This document shows, in pieces, positions 41,066 through 54,160 of a stretch of DNA of 64,000 nt (within the stretch, counting starts at the first letter, position 1; each line of letters begins with the position of its first letter). The notes beneath the pieces were generated by a model. It did not search any database. It saw only the letters and a list, made by a program, of their open reading frames with translations, and was not told the origin of the DNA. Source of the stretch: Octopus vulgaris (lineage: Eukaryota); NCBI GenBank assembly GCA_951406725.2, contig OX597823.1, positions 12,710,001 through 12,774,000 on the forward strand, written 5' to 3'. The translations under genes were made by a program, and so were the position numbers.

Positions 41066-42014
41066 TGTTTCTTTATTAGCCACACAGGGCTGCACACAGA
41101 TAGAACAAATTACAAGGTAGAGCTTTTCTTTTGAAGGTTTAAGAAAGAAAAAAAAAAAAAGGAAGGGGAGTTTCGATCAAAAGGGATCGTAAAAGGAGAG
41201 AAAGAGGACAAAAAAAGGGGGGTTTAAAAAAAAGGGGGGAGGAAAAAAATTGATCAATAGGGATCGTTATCACAGAAATGTCAATATGAAGTGTAAAGGG
41301 GAGGACAGGTGAGGTTTACCCGTGCAAAGAAAAGCCTACGGAAAAGACCACGGTAACCTCGGTCAATGATGTCACATTTTATATTTCTTTTTTTTTTTTT
41401 TTTTTGCAAATAAGCAACTCACTGTTTTAGATTTCTTGGTTCATAGGACTATGCTAAAGGTGGCTTCGTCATTAAAACGTGCCATTCTTGCTACATTCAC
41501 CCATCTTTTTTTAAACATTCGCTAGACAAAACTTGCCTCTCTACTCTCACTTTCCTTTTCAAGTGGTACTTGAAGAAGTTGATGAGAGATTGACCAGAGA
41601 GGAAAGTGTTTGTCTCCAATCCTTTCAGACGCGTCCACCAGATACATTCTTTCGCCATAGCCACAAGGATGATGAAAATAGCTCTTCCTTCCCGTTTGAA
41701 GGAAGGAGGCGTGACAATATTGACGATAGACTCAGCTGATAAACCGACTCGTCCCACACGTGACAGCAGTTGTTCGACATAAGCCCACAGGTGGGAAATT
41801 GTTGGACACTGAACGAGTGCGTGCAGAACGGTTTCGTCGCTCTGACCGCATCTCGGGCAGGTCGGCCCCGTGTTTCTCGAGCCGTGTCTGTAGAGCTTAT
41901 CCCGAACGGGTAGCGCTTCTCGGTAGCACTGCCAGGCCAGGGATCTCTGGAAGTTGTCCATGGGCCCTGGCCCGAAAGTCGTCCTGAACAGGCGGGTCAG
42001 GTACTCCTCGTCGA
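41066..42014 (-). mobile_element. L1/Tx1-clade LINE, 5'-truncated (zf-RVT region plus 3' UTR), inside (GATA)n
   Basis: ORF 41497-41961 LAWQCYREALPVRDKL..CPRCGQSDETVLHALVQCP..LW (CCHC zf-RVT); ends AATAAAGAAACA then (TATC)n; GATA tracts at ~40994-41065 and ~42021-42089. Confidence 0.9.
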
Positions 42015-42019
42015 CAGAC

Positions 42020-42089
<70 letters not shown>

Positions 42090-42538
42090 TTGAGTATGTA
42101 TGATTCAGTATATAATGCTGATAGTAAATGATCCTAGAATTCTTCCATCACACAATACAGATAACGATGTGTCTATGATTATCATTTAATATACTGCATC
42201 CACTTTGTATTTCTGTAACTTTAATTGCCCTTCTAATCACAATATTTTCGTAGCTGTTACTAGTTTCGTATATTTAGCTTAAATTTCTTATTGAGAACTT
42301 TAGCGAGGAGTGATTTTTATATGAAATAACATATGCAGTAACATCAAATGTATGCATTATATATATGGACGTATTGTTGGATATATATATTCATGCACAC
42401 ATACACACACACACACATATATATATATATCACTGTATTATAATATATCATAATATATATTCTACAATTTGAAGCGACAGTTTTTACATATAAATGGCAG
42501 AAAATGATGAGCTAACACTAGGTTGTTTACAAATATTA

Positions 42539-42593
<55 letters not shown>

Positions 42594-42855
42594 GTTTGTG
42601 TGACTGCGCATATATATACATATACGCATATATGTATATATATATATATGTGTGTGTGTGTTTATGCATAGATATGGTTTTTCGTATAAGCATATATAAT
42701 ACATATATATATATAATTTAAATGTAGAGATATTACATTGACAAGCCACTAGTTTATTTATATTACAACAGTACATTAAATGCTATGAATACAATATAAC
42801 ATACCATAATAATATATAACATAAAGAATTAATTATATAATCTATAAAAGGTCAA

Positions 42856-42909
<54 letters not shown>

Positions 42910-43274
42910 TTTAAACATATATATATGTTTAAGACCGGGAGTGATGAAGTGAATGAGGATAATAGAAGTGGTGAGAGGGAAATGGTGAATAGGAATCTAG
43001 AAACATGTTGTGCAGATGAATGCCGAAAGGATACAATTGTTTGCAGTTGTAACTACGAGTTTTATGAAGCATAAAACTGCATGTGAAGATATCGCTGTAT
43101 TTATTCATATAACATTTAGGTACAACTTGAAATCATATATAACAGGTGGAGTATAAATGATAAAGCACGACTACAGCAACTACAAGAATAGCATGTTCCT
43201 TTTTCAGTATTTGCCCATTATTTAATATTGAGATTATTTGCCATGAAACGAGAATCATTAATACTTCTTATAAT

Positions 43275-43490
43275 AATCCTTTCTACTATTGGTACAAGGC
43301 CTGATATTTTGGAGCAAGGGGACCAGTCGATTACATCGACCACCGTGTTTGCCTGGTACTTAATTTACGATTCCCGAAAGGATGAATTGCAAAGTCCACC
43401 TAGGCAGAATTTGAACTTAGAGCGTATACACGGACGAAATGCCGCTAAGAATTTTGCTCGGCGTGCTAAAGATTCTGACAGCTCACCGCC
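43275..43490 (-). mobile_element. SINE family A, older full copy
   Basis: CCTTTCTACTATTGGTACAAGGCCTG..GAATTTGAAC..CAGCTCACCGCC. Confidence 0.8.
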
Positions 43491-43493
43491 TGA

Positions 43494-43787
<294 letters not shown>

Positions 43788-43799
43788 CGACAGCAGACA

Positions 43800-46100
43800 G
43801 TATGTGGACGAAAACAAGTTAGAAAATGTCGGGAGGGATATGCTCAGAAATAAGACTCACAGATGGTGAAATAACTGCGATCAAGCAAGCAGCGGAAATG
43901 ACCTAAATATAAGACAGAAAGGAAATGATGAACCAGACGAAGAGAGCAACTCTCCACGAGCCTCAACTGAAAGACTACCATCTGACCAGAACATGCAAAG
44001 GTCTGGACTACCATCTGAACAGAACATGCGAAGGTCTGGACTACCATCTGACCAGAACATGCGAAGGTCTGGACTATAATCTGACCAGAACATGTGAAGG
44101 TCTGGACTGCTATCTGACCAGAACATGCGAAGGTCTCGACTACCATCTGACCAGAACATGCGAAGGTCTGGACTGCTATCTGACCAGAACATGCGAAGGT
44201 CTGGACTACCATCTGACCAGAACATGCGAAGGTCTGGACTACCATCTGACCAGAACATGCGAAGGTCTGGACTACAATCTGACCAGAACATGCGAAGGTC
44301 TGGACTACCATCTGACCAGAACATGCGAAGGTCTGGACTATAATCTGACCAGAACATGTGAAGGTCTGGACTGCTATCTGACCAGAACATGCGAAGGTCT
44401 GGACTACCATCTGACCAGAACATGCGAAGGTCTGGACTGCTATCTGACCAGAACATGCGAAGGTCTGGACTACCATCTGACCAGAACATGTGAAGGTCTG
44501 GACTGCTATCTGACCAGAACATGCGAAGGTCTGGACTACCATCTGACCAGAATATGCGAAGGTCTGGACTACCATCTGACCAGAACATGCGAAGGTCTGG
44601 ACTACCATCTGACCAGAACATGCGAAGGTCTGGACTACCATCTGACCAGAACATGCGAAGGTCTGGACTACCATCTGACCAGAACATGTGAAGGTCTGGA
44701 CTGCTATCTGACCAGAACATGCGAAGGTCTGGACTACCATCTGACCAGAACATGCGAAGGTCTGGACTACCATCTGACCAGAACATGCGAAGGTCTGGAC
44801 TACCATCTGACCAGTACATGTGAAGGTCTGGACTGCTATCTGACCAGAACATGCGAAGGTCTGGACTACCATCTGACCAGAACATGCGAAGGTCTGGACT
44901 ACCATCTGACCAGAATATGCGAAGGTCTGGACTACCATCTGACCAGAACATGCGAAGGTCTGGACTACCATCTGACCAGAACATGCGAAGGTCTGGACTA
45001 CCATCTGACCAGAACATGCGATCTGGACTACCATCTGACCAGAACATGCGAAGGTCTGGACTACCATCTGACCAGAACATGTGAAGGTCTGGACTACCAT
45101 CTGACCAGAACATGCGAATGTCTGGACTACCATCTGACCAGAACATGCGAAGGTCTGGACTACCATCTGACCAGAACATGTGAAGGTCTGGACTGCTATC
45201 TGACCAGAACATGCGAAGGTCTGGACTACCATCTGACCAGAACATGCGAAGGTCTGGACTACCATCTGACCAGAACATGCGAAGGTCTGGACTACCATCT
45301 GACCAGAATATGTGAAGGTCTGGACTACCATCTGACCAGAACATGCGAAGGTCTGGACTACCATCTGACCAGAACATGCGAAGGTCTGGACTACCATCTG
45401 ACCAGAACATGCGAAGATCTGGAGAAATAAATTGTAATGAACCTGATAAAGATAGCGAGGAAAGTGGTAAAGAAACAACATTTGAAGACTAAACATCTAC
45501 TGAAGAACACAGAGAGACTTTGATAAAACTGAAGTAGAAAATCCTGAATACGCATGATTGAGAACCACTTCATAAGCTCTCAAATACAATCCAAAATAGA
45601 AAACTAATTAAAATTGGAAACTATGTAAAAAAGGAAATTATACAAGAATTAAACCAGATTTCACTGAATTAAATGAAATTATTTACGCAGTGGCTAAGAC
45701 AATTGAAGCCAGTTGTATGCCTCTGAAAAAACAAAGAAATACAAACCTGACAAGAATTACAATCAAGGATGATCACCACTACGAAGAAGTAATTGGGCAA
45801 TCCAACAAAGCCATCCAGAGTATCAAGAGGAAGAATAAGAATGGGGCGGAGGAAAAAAAAACCTTAAATAAATCAACCAGTGCATACATGAGATGGTTTC
45901 AGCCATGGACAATGTCAAAGAAGAAACAGCAAGACGCCAATAGAAGCAAGAATTGATTTAACGTTCTTGGAAGGTTTCAAAGTGAAACAGAGAAATGGTT
46001 AAAATAATGAATAAGTGTGCAACACCATGTAGAAATAATAGCTAAAGACATTGAAGAAATAAATTCAAGTACGAAACGTTAGGAGAGGTTTGAAGAAACC
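43800..46100 (+). mobile_element. degenerate N-terminal region of an R4/Dong-like retrotransposon, hosting the 33-bp array
   Basis: IRLTDGEITAIKQ before and ELNEIIYAVAKTIE after the array resemble pre-RT regions of RLE-type elements; preceded by TAA-rich microsatellites. Confidence 0.55.
43973..45423. repeat. 33-bp minisatellite, ~44 units: GACTACCATCTGACCAGAACATGCGAAGGTCTG
   Basis: Direct reading; variants CTGCTAT, CTATAAT and CATGTG; one 3-bp deletion at ~45021. Confidence 0.98.
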
Positions 46101-46129
46101 AGCTGAATGTACCTCAAACAATATCAGAT

Positions 46130-46620
46130 TTTTCCCTGTGATGTGATCAGCATGGTGCACTTTTAATCATGTATCAGCAGAAATCTTTATCATGTCAAAT
46201 TCATTGTTCAGAATATTCTCAACCCTCTCACAGGATATGCTAACAGCATTGGCTATTTAATTTATAGTCACTCGCCTATTATCCATCACCATGTTGTGTA
46301 CACGAACAAAGTTTTCTACGGCTGTGGCAGTTGCAAAACGTCCAGATCTTGGGCCATCTTCAAGACTCTGCTGTCCTTCCTAAATTCAGCTTTCCACTTT
46401 TGCGCCATTGAGAAAGTTGGAATATCATCTGGTAATGTGGTGATCATACCAATATGTATGCCCTAAGGAACTAAACCCTTCTTCTGTAGGATCTTGGTAA
46501 TACCACTTTGACACATTTTCTCAATTTCGAAGAGACGTCGCAACTAGTTACTTTTGAAGTATTATGTCAGTGTACCAGGAAAGAAACCAACCATGCAGTT
46601 ATCAATAAAAAAAGGAGGAA
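46130..46620 (-). mobile_element. mariner transposase 5' remnant
   Basis: Reverse QKWKAEFRK..SLEDGPRSGRFATAT resembles mariner EDxPRSGRP. Confidence 0.7.
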
Positions 46621-47739
46621 TGAATATACAAATGCAGAAAGAGAAAAATAGCCAGCTCTTCAATACTATATAGCCATTGCGGTAATGGTAACACCTGTCT
46701 TTTTTAAAGTGGGAACTGGATTTTATACTGATGAGATATACGGTGCAGTGGTATTTTTTCTGTCCTCACTGCCGGCTGCTGAAGTGCGCTTGAAGGTGAT
46801 GATGTGTGAAGTAGTGGTGGAAATGATGGCGTTTCTATGTTCAACGAAAGGATGTTTTCTTGCAACTGAAAAGGTCGTTTCCATATATGGATAATTTATT
46901 TTGATTTGTGGATATTGTTCATAGTGATGGCAGTGGGTTTTTTTCTTACGTTGTTGCTCTTCTTATTGCTGAAGCAGGTTGTTTCACTTTATAGATTCTC
47001 GTTCTCATTAGTGGTGTAATGAGAAGTGTCACTGACACAAACCATTCTTTTTTGTTATTGTTTTACTTTTGTTTTCTATCGCCTCCATCTGTTAATTTGA
47101 CATTAGTGATGGAGGCGTTGTTGCCTTGGTATCAGGCTGCACGAATCTTACCTAAAAGTTCGATACTAGAATTTTGTTTTAAAGATAATGTCGAGAAAAT
47201 TAGAAAATTCTGTCCTGGAAATTTGAAAACAAAAACAGAACTGACTTGTCCCTTGGGATCCTTTTCACTTTAACATCGAATCAAAGAAGGAAACCTATAC
47301 AATTTTTTAAAAAAATACATAGTTCAATCAAAGAAAATCTGATTTAACTGTATGGGATTTTGTAGGAGCTTTTTGCTTATGTGCCTGGTGTACCCTTATC
47401 AGAGGGATAGTCATGATGGTCATATCGGGCTATATACATTTGTTCCCCACTGTCACTTTGAGGGCGTGCATTGCTCTCTCACAAATACACGCATATGAAA
47501 GCACGTGTCACAAACGAAGCAAAAAAATAACAAAACCATTTATAAGTTTACAAACACCACAAAATAGAAGAAATTCCCGGAGGTAAACCTATCAAAATAT
47601 AATAAAATACTGACGAGTACACATCCGGTAGCCTTAAGAAGATACCTTACGTGCAATGTTCACATTCAGAGAACTCGTAGGCGGTGTTGTCTCAAAAAAG
47701 TAACCCTAAACAGACAGATCCGCCCCTTAATGTCAACGT

Positions 47740-48862
47740 CCAAGCCCCAGTGGTAGAAAACCAAGTACAAACTGGATGTTAAAATTTGTCTAAAAGCATG
47801 GACACGAGAAAGCATCATATTCACTAACAAAACAGGCAAGGGAGTATCTAAGTGAATTCAAAATACAGCAAATCCGAGAATTAGATATGCTGGAAACACG
47901 CACAGAAAAGGCTAAGCATATGAAAACCCGTGCTAAAACTATTGCCTTAGATATTCTTACTGATAAATGGCATAAAAACCCTCTACATGGCAAATACACA
48001 AAGAGAGCTAATAATGCCGATGTTGACAAAGGCCTAGGCTATCAATGGTTAGTCTCTTTTTGCTTAAAGTCAGAAACAGAATGGTTTATTATAGCAGCCT
48101 ACCTACAAGGAGCTACCAGGCTAGCATCTTAAAGAACGGCAGTAGTCCATCATATCGTGTATGTAAAGAACAAAATGAATCCATTGATAATGTTGTCACC
48201 ATGTGCAGTCTTCTTGCACATACAGGGTATCTCGACAGGCATGAGGTAAATGCACTGGGTAGTTTGCAAAAACCTGAACCTGACCCAAGATAAAAACTGA
48301 TTGGAACACAAACCACCTCCAGTGCTTGAAAATTATACCAAATTTGTCCACTCAGGGACTTCAGCTTATCAAACTGACAGAAAGAAAGATGCAAATAGGC
48401 CAGATATTATATTGAAAGATTTCAGATGAAAATCATACCTCTTCAGTGATATGACTCTCCCAATCGACATAAGTTTAACTCAAGATCTACCAAAAACTGA
48501 GCAAGTGTAAAGATCTTGAAAGAGAAATTGGCAAAATCTGTAACCTGAAGACGAAAACAATACCTGTTCTCATAGGCACCCTAGGAATGATAGCAAAAGG
48601 GTCTGATTCCTACCTACCTCAGATACTCTAAAATGGCAGAAATTCAAAAGAATGTGCTCATGGGAACTGGTCATATCCTACGTAAAATACTGTCTCTGTA
48701 ATCTTAAAATTTTAAAACAAATTTATAATTTTATGTTTTCTTAAACACTCTCTTAAACAAAACTATGTGCAAAACCAAATATATGACACCCTAGGCATAA
48801 CATCCACCTGAACTTCTAACTTGTTGTCTCTTGAGATCTCTGGGTGAGATTTGGAGTCAACT
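47740..48862 (+). mobile_element. R4/Dong-like retrotransposon 3' portion (post-RT, CCHC, RLE), degenerate
   Basis: KWHKNPLHGKY..LKSETEWFIIAA; RVCKEQNESIDNVVTMCSLLA..YLDRH; ANRPDIILKD; KTIPVLIGTLGMI. Confidence 0.88.
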
Positions 48863-49140
48863 TGTAGGAGGTTAAGCAATTGTGGTCAATGAAAAAGGTG
48901 GTAGTAGTACCATTAATTATCGGAGCCCTGGGAACACTGAGTAAAAATCTTGAGAAGTAAATGGAACAAATAAGGACTGCAATAGTGGTGGAATACTTGC
49001 GGAAAACAGCATTGCTTGGAACCGCTCGAATACTCCGGATGGTCCTTGAAAAATAAAGGGTATTATCTTAGTTCACTAGTAGTGAGCAGCTGGCACCGTA
49101 GTATATTTCCAGCGTTAGAAGCTGTACAAAGAAAATAAAC
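48863..49140 (+). mobile_element. second R4/Dong-like 3' end, ending in (CAA)/(TAA)n
   Basis: VKQLWSMKKVVVVPLIIGALGT..RKTALLGTARILRMVLEK*. Confidence 0.85.
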
Positions 49141-49165
49141 AACAACAACAACAATAATAATAATG

Positions 49166-49227
<62 letters not shown>

Positions 49228-49243
49228 TATAATAATGATGATG

Positions 49244-49307
<64 letters not shown>

Positions 49308-49316
49308 TACTAATAA

Positions 49317-49352
<36 letters not shown>
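49138..49352. repeat. (AAC)n/(AAT)n microsatellite
   Basis: Direct reading. Confidence 0.95.
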
Positions 49353-49353
<1 letters not shown>

Positions 49354-50919
49354 TTTGGCACAATGGCAGCAATTTTGAGGGAGGAGTAAGTCGATTACAT
49401 TGACCTTACATCAACCGGTACTTGTTTAATCAGTAGAAGGGTTTTTTTAAGTGTAGGAAGATAACGTAATTGAAATAAAATGTAGTGGATAGAAGCGCTA
49501 ACAGTAAAAACGGAAATAGAATTGGAACGAGGCGAGAATGTCATAATTATATGAAATCTTACAACTTGGACCATATTACAATCAGAAAATTATTAGGTAC
49601 AACTAAGAGGCTACTTTACACCCTTTTAGGGTAAAAATATATAACGAAATACCACCATAAAATAAGCTAAGCGGGGAAACAACATTTCAAGCAGTTCACA
49701 CAGTCAAAATCTGCGGTCGTGAAAGTAAACAGAGATCGAGTATCAAATTTGTTGATTAGCAGCTAACAACGATGTATTGATAACACTGAACACACGTCAA
49801 AAACAACCAAGTTATTCGCTTGTTCTGAAGAAGACACTGAAGAATAAGAATAAAAGAATATGAAAATTAAATATTTTGTAAAAAATCAAGCTGGAAAGTT
49901 TAGAAATTGCTTCGACTTAATGAATTAATATCACGATCAATTGGTAGAAGTGAGTCTATTTATTCTATTTGTAATTAATGCAAATGGACTGATACACAAT
50001 TCTATAAAGACAAGTATACCTATAGAAATTGGTACGTGATGAAAAGTAGAACTATTCGGTTCTGTAAACGGTATTTGATTGTCTGTTTTAGTAGTTTTTC
50101 AACTGAATGTGTCTCTGTGGATGGAGTTAGACACATCGGTTGATAATGCTATGATGAAATTTTGGTTTCGAATACACATCTGTTATTTCATTATCTTTCT
50201 GAGGAGGGTACTGCTCTACATTGTTTGATCCCAATAATAAATACCAAATTATCCAGTAATGTTAAGCTTCAATCTCGAGAATACCCATAATTCATTTCAG
50301 TTGTGTTTGATTTTGTATCCAGCTGAAAACTTGACGTGAATCCTAATATGGGTTGCTTGTAATGCGCGTGATTTTACATGCTATCGATCTATGAGTAGAT
50401 TTTTGTTCCGGGAGAAAAATCCATTGCAGCCCGCTGCTATTCTCCAAGCGGCTTCAACTCCGCCAGATGAGTTTTATTGCTTGAGGTTGGATTAAGTGTT
50501 TGCGATGGTTAAATATAATGTAATGAAATCGAATATCAATAACTTAGGCTATATTGATATCGATATTCGAGAGACAGTGAAAATGCGATGTCCACTTCGT
50601 CCTCCAATTGACAATATTTTAGGTTATGATGCAGCTAAACAGTTGATATTCAAAATGACTTTGAATATTTGCAGTGAGAGTCTTTGACAGTTGTTCATAT
50701 GATTGTTCCCATTCATAAAACTTTTTTCATAAACCTGCTTCGTTGATACTTACCTATTTTAAGTGGCAACGATAATAGAGAGAAAGAACGAGCCTATTTG
50801 AAGCTGCTCACACAGGAAAAGAAAAAAATGGAAGATACAAAGATATGGAGAAAGTCAGTACCATTTCGGAGTGGAATAGTCCAAGGAAATAGTAATTTGA
50901 TACACGTCAGGTGTTGTCA

Positions 50920-51490
50920 ACCCATATGCTACACACATCCACCTCAGGGCGTAAGAATAGGTCCTATGGAGTGTTAGTTCTTTTGAACATTGATCGAGAT
51001 AATATCAAGCTAGGCGCCGGAAATAATGAGGAACCGAAATTATTTTAGCATAGCATAAAACCAGAAAATTAACAGTAACAAAAGTTATGTTATTTCGGAG
51101 TGAAGATATTTTAAAGACAGAAAAGTTGTACTTAACCTAAAGCTTAATTGATTATACCTAATATAAATATTTAAATAAGGAAATGATCATTTTATACATG
51201 ACACAAATGTTTGTCAGCCCATATGCTACATGTGTCCTACTCGAGACTCAAGAGCTGACTGTCATTTTTTTCGACCATGTATCTGGTTAATGTCAAGCTA
51301 GGCGCAGGAAATGAGGAGGAACAGAAATTATTTTAGTATAGTAAAAAACAAAAATATTAACAGTAGCATTAGAATCACAAAAAGGTCTAGTGGAAAGTTG
51401 TTATCTTATCTTGGAGTGAAGACGTTTCAAATACAGTAACAGTGTGCTAAACCTGAAGATAAATTGATTATAGCTAATATATATTTACAA
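50920..51490. repeat. diverged ~300-bp tandem duplication
   Basis: CCCATATGCTACA..TCAAGCTAGGCGC.GGAAAT..GAAATTATTTTAG..GGAGTGAAGA..AATTGATTATA.CTAATAT at ~50921 and ~51218. Confidence 0.85.
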
Positions 51491-54092
51491 ATTATTAGGA
51501 ATCAACGAACTAAATAATAGATTACAATACGCTAAAAGCCAACGAAAGTATAATATAAAGTCTGAGATAAGTACTTAAGGAGATTAGGAAATAACCTAAA
51601 ATATAATAAAGGCTTCATATCCGAGTTCTTGAAGTGATAAGCTAATATTATAATACATTATGTTGGAAATTAAGTAAATTACCATGGATATATTGCAAAG
51701 CATTGAGGTAACGACATTATTTCACGTCTACAACCAAATTAAACAATTGAATATTTATAATGCGATATACTTAATCCTGGTGTTCTTATGCAAAAGATAT
51801 TATATAATATAATGTTATGAGGCATGTTTTTAGGTATGTAAATATGTATGTACATACACTCGCTTTGTTAAATGCCGTGGGTGATGAAACAATTCTCGAC
51901 CCTTCAGTTACTTTGTAGCGTATGTTGATTATGTGTTTGTTGTGTGTGTGTGTGTGTGTGTGTTATAATGGTTAATACCAAAAATATACTTCAACAAGGG
52001 ACTAGCTTCAATGTTAGTTCAATATGCAAAAAAAAAATTGTACCACATCTAAATGTTTACCCATTTCTAGTAAACACAATGTTAATAGATACGTTTGAGA
52101 GGCAGCTATAGGCATTGGGTAATATAGAGACACAAGCATGTCCAAACAGATGAAGACATAGCATTCTTACACAGAGAAATTTAACAAATTAATTGAATTT
52201 ATGCAAAAGCAAAATATAAAAATATCATCTTCTACTGCTCAGCACATCTCGAATATTTCCGATCAATTCATTTGGGCTTACGGATAATTTTTATTCTTGA
52301 CCTGACAATACCTTTGAAAATGCTTTTCAGGCCAAACTCATCGTAATCAATATGAATATATCTAAAATATAAAAGGATCTAAGAAAATCGTTGTTAACGG
52401 CATCGGCATAAATCACGTTCATTCATATGAGTGAAACACAAAACAAAAACGAAACAAATTTATTTGATGCTGTGGGTGAAGCCCACCCTCGAGGAGTAAG
52501 GAACGTAAGACGTTCTTCAAAGATAAAAGGTAGGACGTGTCTACTTTTTATTTGATTCAGAAAGAACAGTCTTTTATTCGGAAAAGAGGTACCAAATGCC
52601 CTCATACTCGAAAAATTTTGTATTGTTCAAAACTTCCCTAATCTTCCCTTCTCTGTGTCATGCAAATTTAAGTGTTTGTGATTTTGTAACCCATATTATC
52701 ATTAGAATATCGTCGTTCATATTTTACACTGCCCCTCAAAAGAATGTTGGCGTTGAAATTCCACCGACTTCTTTACACAGCTGGAAGGCATTCTACATTT
52801 GTGAGACTGAATATTTATCTTTTTTGTGACTGAGGATGTATCTACATAGATAATGACGTTCGAATATTTTATTTCTCTTTTCTTCTGTATACCTTATGTA
52901 TGTTTATGAATATTTGCGTGTATACTTATCTGAACTTATTGTATCTTTATGTACTTGTGTTCGTGCGTATCAAACTGTGTGAATATGAAACAGTTTTTAG
53001 ATATTTATTTTCCAGTGAGTACATTTGTGTATATTGTGTGCACGCGTGTGTATCCACATGTATGTATGTGTTTATTTTTTCAAGCCTCCCTGTTTTGAAA
53101 TTTTCGCACTTTGTATATTTACGTTTATATATAAGTGTATGTATGTGTACATGCATACATATATGTATGCGTGCATGTATATGTATCTAAATATGTCTAG
53201 CAGTGTGTGTTTATGTATGTAATTTATAAGGTTTTAGTACGTTTGCTTTTCTTGAAATTTTTGTATGTCTGTGTATACATATTTGAGTGCATGTGTTATA
53301 TCTGTGTATGCAAGTTAGAGTTTACATGTTCCTTCTTGTATGTTGCATGTGTGATGTACGAATGTATAACTACACACTTGAGTCTAAATCTGGATGCTTC
53401 TATACATATATTTCACTACCTTTATCACACAATCATGTGTATGTACAACGTGAAATACCACTGTGTATATGAGTATGTGTATTCGATAAGCAAATTTTTA
53501 TATGCCTGCGCTTTTTTGTTTTGAATCTTTTAAACGTGTAAGTGTACGTGATTGCATTGCAAGTAAGTCGCGATATCTCCATCTACGAATGCATATTAAA
53601 ACGTATATATTATGAATCTGTACTGCTGTAATCATATATGCGTATCTATGAGCGTAACTATGCGCATATTTATATGCTAGAGTATTTGTATGTATTTTAG
53701 TGTGTGACACTTGGACTGTGTATTTGAGTGTATGCAGGTTTCTTCCATTAGTGGCAGCATTTTTGAAGATTCATTAAATTATCAAATTCAAGTAAAGAAA
53801 TTAAAGCAGCAAAATCTCTTAAGCAAGTTTATTAGTAACAGTTTATGAACACAGTGTTCGCAAATTACAAGTTTATATAAAGCAATCAGAATATACGCAG
53901 ATGCTTCAGCCGATATAGCAGTCCAGAGAGGAGGATTCCTGAATACATGATTGGCCTCTTTATTTGGAATGCGAGAGTCTCTGTTTGTGAAAGCCCGAAG
54001 GTAGACTCCTTCGCTCAGGTAGAATATCTATAGGAAGCTATGGTCGCACACATGTCTATGTATGCATAAACATTCGCATATATATATATATT

Positions 54093-54157
<65 letters not shown>

Positions 54158-54160
<3 letters not shown>

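Noticed and set aside
43973-45423. CRISPR array
   Set aside because: Head-to-tail tandem units with no unique spacers, no cas genes, eukaryotic context
43925-45430. 501-aa CDS as an established gene
   Set aside because: Almost entirely minisatellite, open in several frames, and embedded in a retroelement relic; kept only as a hypothesis under findings
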